39,061 bases of DNA from an uncultured Streptosporangiaceae bacterium (GTDB lineage: Bacteria; Actinomycetota; Actinomycetes; Streptosporangiales; Streptosporangiaceae), in NCBI GenBank assembly GCA_964250865.1, contig CAXUJF010000006.1, positions 1 to 39,061 of the forward strand. The letters are read 5' to 3'. The first letter of the stretch is position 1, and every line of letters starts with the position of its first letter. The notes beneath the pieces are model-generated. The model saw only the letters and a program-made list of their open reading frames with translations. It did not search any database and was not told the origin of the DNA. The position numbers and the translations under genes were made by a program. Shown here in pieces: positions 15,287-23,701 of the stretch.

Positions 15287-16020
15287 GAAATCGCGCCTTC
15301 CATCCAGAGGTCGATTTCGTGCTCGGAAAGCGCCGACAGCTCTCCCGAGGCGATCTGAGCGGCCATCGGGTCGCTGATGTTGTCCATGGCGATCAGGACG
15401 CCGTTCGGGCCGCGCGCGATGACCTTCGGCCGCCACGCTGGCCGCGTCGAATCCACGGCCTGCAGCAGCGCGAGCGCGCCGTCTGCGTTGCCGTCCTGAG
15501 CCTGGCCGAGCACGGCGAGGATCTGCCCGGCGACTTGCTGCACGCGGTTCCGGCGGTGCGTGATGCTGACCGCCGAGCCTTGCCGCTTGACCGCGATGTG
15601 CCCCGAGCTTTCGCGCGGGCCGGATGGCGAGGGCGGTTCGACGCTGAGCGCCTCGGCCGTCTGGGCGAGCGCGGCCACAGCGGCGTCATGGTTGTCGGCG
15701 AGGCGATGCACGCGAGCGCAGGCGTCGGCGACGTCCCTGACGGCCTGGCGCATTTCTGCCAGGTTCGGACTGACTGCGAGCGCGTCGATTTCTTCGCCGA
15801 GGTCGCCCAGGTCGGCCGTGCGCTGTTCGGCTCGCTTGCGCTCAGCCCTGGTTTGCTCGCCTCGGGCGGCCAGGCTGGTATGCCGGGCACGGTCGGCGAG
15901 CGCGTGCAGCCGGTCGAAACTGACCGTCCGGCCTTCCGCTAGCTGGCGTTCGGCGTTGCTGAGATCGGCCTGCGCCGCGGCGGCGTCGGCCTGTGCTGCC
16001 TCTGGTGTCGTCATGGTCAT
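15283..16020 (-). CDS. hypothetical coiled-coil protein
   Basis: ATG at 16020 or 16014 behind AGGGGAG (the ORF extends to 16038). The N-terminal ~100 aa are Ala/Arg/Glu-rich and helical. Confidence 0.6.
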   Translation of the reverse strand: MTMTTPEAAQADAAAAQADLSNAERQLAEGRTVSFDRLHALADRARHTSLAARGEQTRAERKRAEQRTADLGDLGEEIDALAVSPNLAEMRQAVRDVADACARVHRLADNHDAAVAALAQTAEALSVEPPSPSGPRESSGHIAVKRQGSAVSITHRRNRVQQVAGQILAVLGQAQDGNADGALALLQAVDSTRPAWRPKVIARGPNGVLIAMDNISDPMAAQIASGELSALSEHEIDLWMEGAIS

Positions 16021-16457
16021 TAGCTCCCCTGCGGCCATTGGTAGACGGCCACGTTCATGCCGGTCGGCGAGTCCCAGTCAAGCCACACCGATCCGTCGCC
16101 CTGCGCGAACCGATGGCGCGTGAACGGGCCGATGAGGCGGGTCGTACCGGCGGCCACGGGGACGATCAGGTCGTCCTGCATGGTCCGGCCGATTGCGAAC
16201 GTTCCGCCCCGGACGACGCAAGTGTGAGTCATGTCGTCGTCGTTGGAGACCATCACCTGCAGCTTGTCGGCGCCGAACGCGAGGTGCTCGCCGTAGGTGG
16301 CCCGGTCCGTGGTGATGACGTTGCCGCCAATGGCGTCCACGGGGGATTCTGGCTTGAGTGTGACGCTGCCGTCCCTGGTGAGCGGCACGGGTGCGAGCAT
16401 CGTGCGAAACGACTGCTCGGCCTCGTCAGGCTGCTCGGCGATGGCTGACCCGTTCAC
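16020..16457 (-). CDS. hypothetical beta-rich protein
   Basis: 145-aa ORF with a GTG start behind GGAGAG. Overlaps the upstream gene by 32 nt. Confidence 0.6.
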   Translation of the reverse strand: MNGSAIAEQPDEAEQSFRTMLAPVPLTRDGSVTLKPESPVDAIGGNVITTDRATYGEHLAFGADKLQVMVSNDDDMTHTCVVRGGTFAIGRTMQDDLIVPVAAGTTRLIGPFTRHRFAQGDGSVWLDWDSPTGMNVAVYQWPQGS

Positions 16458-16902
16458 TGTCTCTCCGCTCTCGGCCGTAGTCCTCGGCGGACTGGCGATC
16501 TATCTGCCAATCGCGCCCGGCTCGGCGGGCGCGGATGCGGCCCGGTTTTTCCAGCTGACCGCGAGCAAGGCGGCGAACCGATCGGGGGATGACTCCCATG
16601 ACGTCAGCCGCTTCGCTCACGGTCAGCCAGGACCGCTCCGCCACGAGTCTCAGAATGACGGCAGGCTGACCGCTAGCGGTCCTTGCGGCAGCGCGGAGTT
16701 CCTCGCGCAGCTCATCTACCTCTGGCGAGTTGGGCATGACGCCGTTAAGGCGCATCAGCCACTCGTCGGCCGTCGCGAACCTGCGTTCGCTGACCGCGGC
16801 CAGCGCGGGCGGGATGATCACGGCACCGGGGCAAACGGCCGCGCCTGGCGGCACATGATCGGCCGGGACGATGGCCACGACGTGACCCTCCGGGGCGATC
16901 AC
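16426..16902 (-). CDS. MerR/excisionase-type HTH DNA-binding protein
   Basis: C-terminal WLTVSEAADVMGVIPRSVRRLARGQL...AGRDWQIDRQSAEDY matches the HTH_17/excisionase pattern. Confidence 0.6.
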   Translation of the reverse strand: MIAPEGHVVAIVPADHVPPGAAVCPGAVIIPPALAAVSERRFATADEWLMRLNGVMPNSPEVDELREELRAAARTASGQPAVILRLVAERSWLTVSEAADVMGVIPRSVRRLARGQLEKPGRIRARRAGRDWQIDRQSAEDYGRERRDSERVSHRRAA

Positions 16903-16941
16903 CGGCCAGCCGCCCGGCGGTTGGGCGCGGTCGTGTCCTGA

Positions 16942-19900
16942 TTAAGCAAGGCCGACCGCCGTGCTCAGCTTCATTACGATTGCCTGATATTCCTCGGGAG
17001 TGGGTCGCGCTCCGCTGAAGCTGAGATTGAACGTGTTGTGATGGTGGTGAATCTCGCTGGACGTTTGCGCAGGCATCGCAGTGTTCCCGGCCGCAATGTT
17101 GCTTCGCACCATTCCCGCGAATTCGGAGGGAATTACCATTTCGCCCTGATGGATGATCGCCGGGCCGGTCTGCGGGATCGACCAGGAGCCGTCCTCGTAC
17201 CAGCCGTACGCCTGCTCGTGCGCAAGCGCGGCTTCCGGCGTTCCATACCTTTGGGCGATGTAGTTCGCCATCGCCGTAGCCTGCCCGGCATACGTGGTCG
17301 GATTACCGCCATACTGGGCATACTCAGACGCGCCCGAGATGAACTGGGCCATCCCGTAGGCATCGCTGGTGGGGTTTTTCGCGGTCAGGGAAAAGCTCGC
17401 GTCTTCGCGCGCCTCCACACCAAGAAGCGCCTGCAACTGGGCGCCGGTCCAGCCATGTTTCGCCGCCGCCGACGTTAGGGCCGCCACCCCTGAGCTGTTG
17501 GCGACGCCGGCCATGCCGATCCCGCCGCCGCCTGCTGCGGACACCGCCGCAGCCTTGGCTGCAGCCGCCTTAATCGCCGCCGTCACCATTGCTTCGAGAC
17601 TCTGCTCGGCAGCGGTCTCGGTGGTGCCGTACTCGCTGTCAGCGAATTGCCCGAGCGCGGACGCCGTACCGCCGAGCGGATCCGTGGCGTTGACCAGCCC
17701 CCCGGCACCGAATCCGGGGAGCGCCCCCCGCAGGTGGTCGACCGCACCCGCGTTGACCATCGCCGTCGGGACAACCAGCTCGCCAGGCATCGCCATGATC
17801 GGGACGCTGTCCTTGCCGGGAACGCCACCTGTGACAAACATGCCTGCTGCCGCTGGCTCGAATGCACCCGACGCCGATCGGGTGCCCTTCACAACCGAAG
17901 TGCTGATCGACTCCTCGTTGATCGACCACTTGCCCTCGGCGTTGAGCACCAGCTGAATCGCTTTGCTCAGCGGGATCTTCTCAATCCCGCTGACCATCTG
18001 GGCGATCTGTGTTGTGTTCTCGCCCGCCGCCTTACCGGCCGCGACCAGCGAACCAGTCAGATTGTCGGTCATCTTCTGGGCCTGCTGCGATTTCGGCCCA
18101 TAGTCCACGTCAGCTTGGGCAACCGCGTCGATCGCCTTTTGCACACCGGCATACTTCAGGACTGCCTGGTCGAGAGAGCTTTCCAGCGTGCCCGTGATCG
18201 CGTTGGCTTGCTTAGTCATCGACCCGGTGAGTTGGTCTTCCCAGCCCTTGAGATCCGAGACGGCCTTTTTCGCGTCCTCGTTCTTACCCGCGTAGGGCGT
18301 GAGCTTGTCGATCTGCTGCTGAATGTAGCCGGTGACCTGCTTGGTGCTGTCACCGTTCTGAACCATGGCGTTCGCGGCTTGCTCGATCGCGGACGCCTGG
18401 GAGTAGAACGACTGCTGCAGGGTGACCGAGGCGCTGTTGGTGCCCCGCATGGACGCGCCAGCGGCCTCCACGTTCGACTTGAGGGTGTCGAACCCCTGAG
18501 CGACCGTCAGCTGCGCCTGCTGCTCGGACACAAAGTTACCGACCAGTTGCGTGTACGTACTGTCCAGCGCCGTGATTCGCGTCTGGGCACTTAGCGCACT
18601 GTTCCCGAACTCCATCAGGTTGCCGCTGAGCGCCTGGCTCGAGCTGGCCATCGCGCCGTTCTTCTGCAGCCACTTGTCGATGGCGTCGACCGCACCGTCC
18701 GCGCTGTTTTTGAACTTGCCAGCACCGACCCCCGCCAGCGTGGCCATCTGCTCGACCTGCTGCCCGGACAGCCCGTACTGCACTCCGAGCGTGGTCAGCT
18801 GACTGCTGATGTTACTGGCAGCCTCGGCGGCTTGGTGCTGAGCTTCCGTTACAGCGGGGATCGCGGTCGCGTACCCGTCTATGCCGTCGTGCATCTGCTC
18901 AAACGACGTAGCGGCGGCACGGTTGGCGAGGGTCGCCTCCACCGTCGCGCCCTGGCCCTTGACGGTGGAGTCAGTGACCTGCTCTTGCGCGTCGTAAACT
19001 GACTGCAGATTGTCCGCGAACTGGCCGGCACTATCCCCCGATGCCGTGATCTTGGCAGTGAGGTCACTAGTGGAAACGCCGACCTTGCCGGTTACCGTGT
19101 CGGTCATCGACAGCTGATCGGCGAGCTTCTGATACCCGGCGACGTTCAGGCCAGTTGCGTTGTCCTGCTTCGCCATAGTGCCGATCAGGTCGTTCTGCTT
19201 GTTCTCGTAATCGGCGACCTTGTAGCCGATTACACCGATCGCGGCAGTGAACAGCAGAAGGTCCGTCAGCGGATCCGCGAACATCTTGAGCAGCATCCCG
19301 GCCATGCCGCCGCTGGCAAGCTCCATAATCCCGGTGCTGGCTGCCGCCGCGTCGGCCGAGGCGGCAACCTCGTCCATGGCTACCGCTTCGGCGTTAAGGG
19401 CTACGACGGATTCCGCGAACCGCTCATCGGAGGCGGTAAGCGTGGCGTCCAGCTCGACCAGGGCGCCCGGGAGTTCGCCGATGGTGACGCCGAGGCGCTC
19501 GGCCTGCTCCTGCATGGTGAAGAACGAGGCCGCGGCCTCGGTGACCGCACCTGTCGTTTCCGCGAGATCAGACTCAACCTCACGGAGCATCGTGGCCATC
19601 GTGCCAAGCTGCTCATCCATCCCGGCTATCCCGCCGGTCTCGAACTCGGCGGTCATGGCGGCCAGTTCCCCGGAGACTGCCGCGATCTGCGGGTACATGG
19701 CTTCGAGCCGCTCGGACAGGCTGAGCAGCACCTCGTCGCTGGCGCCACCTTCGGCAGCGAACGCGGCGAACCGGGTGTCCAGGGAAGACAGCTCAGCGGA
19801 CAGGTCGGCGGCCTCGGTGGCCATGCCGAACAGCTCGGCCCGCATTGACTCGGCGTCGGCTGCGGCGGCCTTCTCCGCGTCAGACACCCCGTTGAGGCTA

Positions 19901-21042
19901 GCGGTCAGCGGCCCGTAATCCACCGATCCGAAACTGTCGGCGGTCAGTTCGCGCAGCGTGGTCATTTCCTCAGCCACACCGGCCGCCGCCTGCTCAACAC
20001 CGAGCAGCCCGGCGACAGCCTCGGCGGATTCGGAACGCACCCCCTCAAGGGCGGAACCAATCTCGCCGATCGTGCCCGCCGCGTCACCCTCGGCGTTCAG
20101 GCCGACGTTCGCCGAGACGGAACCGAGCTCCTCGTCTAGCCGTTCCTGAAACTCGGCCACGTCCGGAATTGCGGTGACCCGGACGACCATGCCGCCGGTT
20201 TCCTCGTCCAGCGCGGCTTCGAAGTCGGCAGAGTCCGGCAGGACGGTAACCCGCGCGGTCAAGCCGGCCGTTTCCTCGGCGAGCTGATCAGCAAACTGGG
20301 ATAGGTCCGGGGTGATCGATACGGACGCGCTGCCCGCGGCGGCACCTTCCAGGGCGGCGCCGATCTGCCCGGCGGCCCCGGAAACGTCCCCGAGATGGGA
20401 AACGAGCCCGGCACCGAATCCAGCGCCGAGGGTGTTGAGCCGGTCGTTAAGGCCAGCGATTTCGTTACTGAGCACCGGGACAACCCCGGAAGCTCCGGTG
20501 ATGGAGGCGGCCAACTCGTCAACGCCACTCTCGGCCGACAGTGATGCATCGGCGAGGCCGTTCATTGTGCCGTCGAAACCGGTCACTGCTCCGGCGGCGC
20601 TGTCTGCCGCGCCTTGCACACCGGCCAGCTCATCGGCGAGCCCGGCGATCCCGGCTTGGGCGTCGCCGGTACTGGCCGACACGTTGAGGTCGGTGTCCAG
20701 TCCGGATATTTCCTCCGCGAGCGCCTCGGCGCGGCCAAACGCCGCTCCCGTGTTGGCGTTGACGAACAGGGTTGCCTGCTCGCCGTCCGTGCGCTCAATG
20801 AACGCATCGACCTCGGATTGGGCCAGGGTCGTGTTCGCGGCTACGTCGATAGTGGCGGACAAGCCGCCGACCTGCTCATAGACGGCGGCCTCAAAGTCGG
20901 CCATGTTGGGCAGGACCCGGACGGCGAGTTGCAGGCCGCCTAGTTCCTCGTCTAGAGCTGCCGCAAAGTCGGAGGTGTCGGGAGTGACGTCAACATAAGC
21001 TGACGCGATCTCAAAGCCCGATTCGCCCGCCATGTCCGTCAT
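16942..21042 (-). CDS. Tape-measure-like protein with a C-terminal lytic transglycosylase (SLT) domain
   Basis: 1366 aa. Five N-terminal D-F-x-A-x-L-D-E-E-x-G-G modules, long Ala/Gly/Gln helical regions, a hydrophobic core (GMLLKMFADPLTDLLLFTAAIGVIGY) and the SLT-like motif GVEAREDASF..NPTSDAYGMAQF. Confidence 0.8.
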   Translation of the reverse strand: MTDMAGESGFEIASAYVDVTPDTSDFAAALDEELGGLQLAVRVLPNMADFEAAVYEQVGGLSATIDVAANTTLAQSEVDAFIERTDGEQATLFVNANTGAAFGRAEALAEEISGLDTDLNVSASTGDAQAGIAGLADELAGVQGAADSAAGAVTGFDGTMNGLADASLSAESGVDELAASITGASGVVPVLSNEIAGLNDRLNTLGAGFGAGLVSHLGDVSGAAGQIGAALEGAAAGSASVSITPDLSQFADQLAEETAGLTARVTVLPDSADFEAALDEETGGMVVRVTAIPDVAEFQERLDEELGSVSANVGLNAEGDAAGTIGEIGSALEGVRSESAEAVAGLLGVEQAAAGVAEEMTTLRELTADSFGSVDYGPLTASLNGVSDAEKAAAADAESMRAELFGMATEAADLSAELSSLDTRFAAFAAEGGASDEVLLSLSERLEAMYPQIAAVSGELAAMTAEFETGGIAGMDEQLGTMATMLREVESDLAETTGAVTEAAASFFTMQEQAERLGVTIGELPGALVELDATLTASDERFAESVVALNAEAVAMDEVAASADAAAASTGIMELASGGMAGMLLKMFADPLTDLLLFTAAIGVIGYKVADYENKQNDLIGTMAKQDNATGLNVAGYQKLADQLSMTDTVTGKVGVSTSDLTAKITASGDSAGQFADNLQSVYDAQEQVTDSTVKGQGATVEATLANRAAATSFEQMHDGIDGYATAIPAVTEAQHQAAEAASNISSQLTTLGVQYGLSGQQVEQMATLAGVGAGKFKNSADGAVDAIDKWLQKNGAMASSSQALSGNLMEFGNSALSAQTRITALDSTYTQLVGNFVSEQQAQLTVAQGFDTLKSNVEAAGASMRGTNSASVTLQQSFYSQASAIEQAANAMVQNGDSTKQVTGYIQQQIDKLTPYAGKNEDAKKAVSDLKGWEDQLTGSMTKQANAITGTLESSLDQAVLKYAGVQKAIDAVAQADVDYGPKSQQAQKMTDNLTGSLVAAGKAAGENTTQIAQMVSGIEKIPLSKAIQLVLNAEGKWSINEESISTSVVKGTRSASGAFEPAAAGMFVTGGVPGKDSVPIMAMPGELVVPTAMVNAGAVDHLRGALPGFGAGGLVNATDPLGGTASALGQFADSEYGTTETAAEQSLEAMVTAAIKAAAAKAAAVSAAGGGGIGMAGVANSSGVAALTSAAAKHGWTGAQLQALLGVEAREDASFSLTAKNPTSDAYGMAQFISGASEYAQYGGNPTTYAGQATAMANYIAQRYGTPEAALAHEQAYGWYEDGSWSIPQTGPAIIHQGEMVIPSEFAGMVRSNIAAGNTAMPAQTSSEIHHHHNTFNLSFSGARPTPEEYQAIVMKLSTAVGLA

Positions 21043-21386
21043 GTGTCACCGCGCACCTGGTAGAGACTTGGACGCAAGAAAGGACTTGCCGGTACGGTCT
21101 CGGGGCCTACATAACCGGTTGACGGGTGGTAGACCCTATGCCCTAGTTCGACCCAGGCGGCGTAAGTTCGCCCGCCTGCGCCGCCGGTCGCGGACACGAT
21201 GAGCGTGTGACCGTTCAGGTGGTGCTCAATCGAATCCCGCAGCTCGCCCGTCTCCACCGGGCAGTAACGCTGAGCGTCCCCGGCGATCTGCGGGCCGAGC
21301 TTGGTCTCAAACAGCCGGTCAGTAGCCGCGTGGACGTTCTCAAGCCAGTCGGCGCGCATCTGCACCCGGCCCACCCGGCGGCTCAT
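21039..21386 (-). CDS. HK97 gp10-family head-tail adaptor-like protein
   Basis: ATG at 21386 overlaps the XRE stop (ATGA); its own stop overlaps the TMP start. Motifs PVETGELRDSI, YAAWVELG and SPFLRPS are typical of the gp10 family. Confidence 0.7.
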   Translation of the reverse strand: MSRRVGRVQMRADWLENVHAATDRLFETKLGPQIAGDAQRYCPVETGELRDSIEHHLNGHTLIVSATGGAGGRTYAAWVELGHRVYHPSTGYVGPETVPASPFLRPSLYQVRGDT

Positions 21387-21724
21387 GCAGCGGCCCCAGA
21401 GGCGGCAACGGCGGTTCGCGCGCGGGTTCGGTGGGCTGCGGCCTCGGCGCGCAGCTGCCGTATGTAGTCCTGGGCCCACTCGGGAAGATCCGCCAGCGCG
21501 CCCAGCTCGGGACCAGCCGGGGCGTTCGCGTCCATGAAATCGCTGATCTGGGCGCCGAGCGCCTCGGCGAGCGCGAACGCGGTATTGACGCCAGGCGTCA
21601 TGCGGCCCTGCTCATACCGGGTGAGCGTGCCGACTGTGATGCCGCTGATGACGGCGAGCTGCTCGCGGGTCAATCCGCGCGTGGTGCGCGCCTCGGCGAG
21701 CTTGTGACCGGCGAACCTGGCCAT
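21383..21724 (-). CDS. XRE-family HTH regulator heading the operon
   Basis: LAEARTTRGLTREQLAVISGITVGTLTRYEQGRMTP is a canonical Cro/C1 HTH. Confidence 0.8.
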   Translation of the reverse strand: MARFAGHKLAEARTTRGLTREQLAVISGITVGTLTRYEQGRMTPGVNTAFALAEALGAQISDFMDANAPAGPELGALADLPEWAQDYIRQLRAEAAAHRTRARTAVAASGAAA

Positions 21725-21968
21725 GGGCGGGAGTTCCTAACCGCTTACGGCCACCGGGCGACGCCGCGGCCTTCCGATGGCCGTCCGCGTTGCTCAGCTA
21801 CCCGTCATCAGGCACCGCCCGGATGCCCTCAAGGTTTTTCCCGCCCGGAGAATTGCGCTGTTCGCCGTCATGACGGGCCTGTCGGCATCCGCCTCGCCTC
21901 CAGGGCGGGCACGTCAATTTGGCTAGCTTGATCCGGTGTCCAGTTGTTATCACCCATTGTGACAGGTC

Positions 21969-21980
21969 GAACACGTGTTC
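21969..21980. promoter_or_regulatory. Perfect 12-bp palindrome GAACACGTGTTC in a divergent intergenic region
   Basis: Lies between the XRE gene (minus) and the recombinase gene (plus); candidate operator. Confidence 0.4.
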
Positions 21981-22024
21981 CGCAAGATCAAGTAGGCGGA
22001 TACGCCTGCCCCGATCCATGTATT

Positions 22025-22105
22025 CAGTTGTGCTTTTGCTGGCGAGTCGCTCGCACTCCCGGTAACCGCTCCGTACAGTTGTGCTTATGAGTAAAAGCAC
22101 AACTA
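22025..22105. promoter_or_regulatory. lox/FRT-like site: 10-bp inverted arms with an 8-bp spacer, plus a third direct copy
   Basis: AGTTGTGCTT (22077-86), spacer ATGAGTAA, AAGCACAACT (22095-104). Direct copy CAGTTGTGCTTTT at 22025-37. The spacer contains the recombinase ATG. Confidence 0.5.
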
Positions 22106-22740
22106 GACGCTTCGGATCGGCTCCCGGGCAGGCTCCGGCGAACAAGGGCCGGAAGTTCCGGGCCCAGGTACTCACCCGCGGTGAGGCCGAGGCGCTTATC
22201 GGGGCCTGCTCGGCGACCTCGAGGACGGGAGTGCGTAACCGGGCGCTGATCGTCGTGCTGTGGCGCGGTGGCCTGCGCATCGCCGAGGCGCTCGCGCTGG
22301 CGGTCGCCGACGTCGAGCCCGGGCGCGGCACGGTGCGCGTGATGGACGGCAAGGGCGGCAAGCCCCGGACGGTCGGCCTTGACCCGGGCGCGATGGCGAC
22401 CGTACAGCGGTGGATAGACATGCGCCGGGCGGCAGGCGGACGTCGCGGGCCGGTGTTCTGCACACTCGCCGGGGATCCGCTCTCGCCTCAGTACGTGCGG
22501 GCGATGCTCGCGCGCCTCGCCGACCGGGCCGGTGTCGACAAGCGCGTCGCGCCTCACCAGTTGCGCCACACGCTCGCGGCCGAGATGGTGGCCGAGGGCG
22601 TGCCCATGCCAATCATCCGGGACCAGCTCGGGCATAGCAGCTTGGCGGTCACTGACAGGTATCTGCGGGACGTGGCACCAGGCGAGGTGATTGCTGCGAT
22701 GCAGCGACGGGAGTGGGCCGAGCCGGGGCGGCAAGCGTGA
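22087..22740 (+). CDS. Short tyrosine recombinase (catalytic domain only)
   Basis: 217 aa. All catalytic signatures are present: GGLRIAE (R), GKGGKPRTV (K), HQLRHT (HxxR), LGHSSLAVTDRY (H..Y). There is no N-terminal core-binding domain. Confidence 0.85.
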   Translation: MSKSTTRRFGSAPGQAPANKGRKFRAQVLTRGEAEALIGACSATSRTGVRNRALIVVLWRGGLRIAEALALAVADVEPGRGTVRVMDGKGGKPRTVGLDPGAMATVQRWIDMRRAAGGRRGPVFCTLAGDPLSPQYVRAMLARLADRAGVDKRVAPHQLRHTLAAEMVAEGVPMPIIRDQLGHSSLAVTDRYLRDVAPGEVIAAMQRREWAEPGRQA

Positions 22741-22821
22741 CAACCTGCACCGCGCCAACTACGACGGAGTTGGTCGGCGCGGCCGGGTGAACCGAGCCGG
22801 ACACGTAAGTCGCAAGTAGGC

Positions 22822-23238
22822 TCAGGGCAAGCGCACGAAAAACTGGATGCTGGCCGTCTCTTTTCCGTCGACGTCCAACTGCCAGACATACGTTGCGCCT
22901 TGCTTAAGCGGCATAGGTCCCAGGTTGACGGCGAAGGAGGCGCCCAGGGTCGACGCGCCATCCCATCCGGCAGGTTCCTGCATTTCGATCTGCCCTGATA
23001 TCTCAACCCGCTGCACTCCCCCGATGCCTGGCACCTCTACCACCTGACCTGATGGATCAAGCAGTCGGATTGCAACGACAATCGGGGAACCGAGACGATC
23101 AGGGGGGACCTGCAGGAAGGCGACAACCCCCTGCGGGGCCGGATCTGGCCCTGTGAATGCCCAGCCTGCTCCGAGCATATGAACTTTGCCGGAGGAGTCT
23201 GCCTCCGCGAAGTCACAGAGGACCAACGTCGCTTGCAT
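22822..23238 (-). CDS. hypothetical beta-rich protein (DUF6941-like pattern)
   Basis: 138-aa ORF. The start overlaps the upstream stop (TGATG). The family call rests on my recollection of the N-terminal L.L.D.A......GK...LG pattern. Confidence 0.6.
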   Translation of the reverse strand: MQATLVLCDFAEADSSGKVHMLGAGWAFTGPDPAPQGVVAFLQVPPDRLGSPIVVAIRLLDPSGQVVEVPGIGGVQRVEISGQIEMQEPAGWDGASTLGASFAVNLGPMPLKQGATYVWQLDVDGKETASIQFFVRLP

Positions 23239-23669
23239 CAGGTTTTGGCCCGAAGTGCGCTAGGTGAGAAGAAGGTTCTCACACGTCCCGTCGTTGGCGT
23301 CGGCAGCAATAGGAAGCCCTTGGTCTGGACCGTTTGGCGGCTGACGCCTGACGTTTCAGACCCCTGTGCCGGCATGCGCTCATCCAGCTCAACTGCAGGA
23401 TCTAGGTAGTCGTTAAGAGCTTCTCTCACCAACTGCTTGGTCTCGTACAGACTAGGACCTGATACCTCGAAGCCCTTCAGACTGGCTGAGGTCGCGTGAA
23501 ACTTCCCGTCGACGTATCGGTAAACAACGATGATTTTGCGAGGTGGGCGCTTCAGGTCAGCGGGCTCAGCCGCGTCCCACATTGCGGCGGCATCTTCCCA
23601 GCTAGGTTCTGGCTCAGCAGCGCTCTGTCGCCGCTCGTGCACGTCCATATCCTCCACAACGTCCATCAT
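23238..23669 (-). CDS. HicB-like (UPF0150 fold) protein, possible antitoxin
   Basis: KIIVVYRYVDGKFHATSASLKGFEVSGPSLYETKQLVREALNDYL matches the HicB N-terminal domain pattern. The C-terminal tail is of low quality. Confidence 0.5.
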   Translation of the reverse strand: MMDVVEDMDVHERRQSAAEPEPSWEDAAAMWDAAEPADLKRPPRKIIVVYRYVDGKFHATSASLKGFEVSGPSLYETKQLVREALNDYLDPAVELDERMPAQGSETSGVSRQTVQTKGFLLLPTPTTGRVRTFFSPSALRAKT

Positions 23670-23701
23670 GCCTCGGCTAAGTCCCGGTCGACCAGTACTG
23701 G

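Noticed and set aside
16942-21042. Internal ORFs on both strands within the tape-measure-like gene (for example 17647..18594 and 19247..19918)
   Set aside because: They are nested in, or antisense to, a 1366-aa ORF with coherent repeat and domain structure. Their Ser/Ala/Arg-rich translations are typical GC artefacts.
21798-22463. 221-aa minus-strand ORF spanning the intergenic gap and the recombinase gene
   Set aside because: Most of it is antisense to a recombinase with intact catalytic motifs. A possible 73-aa sub-ORF (21798..22019) has poor codon bias and no RBS, so it is not reported.
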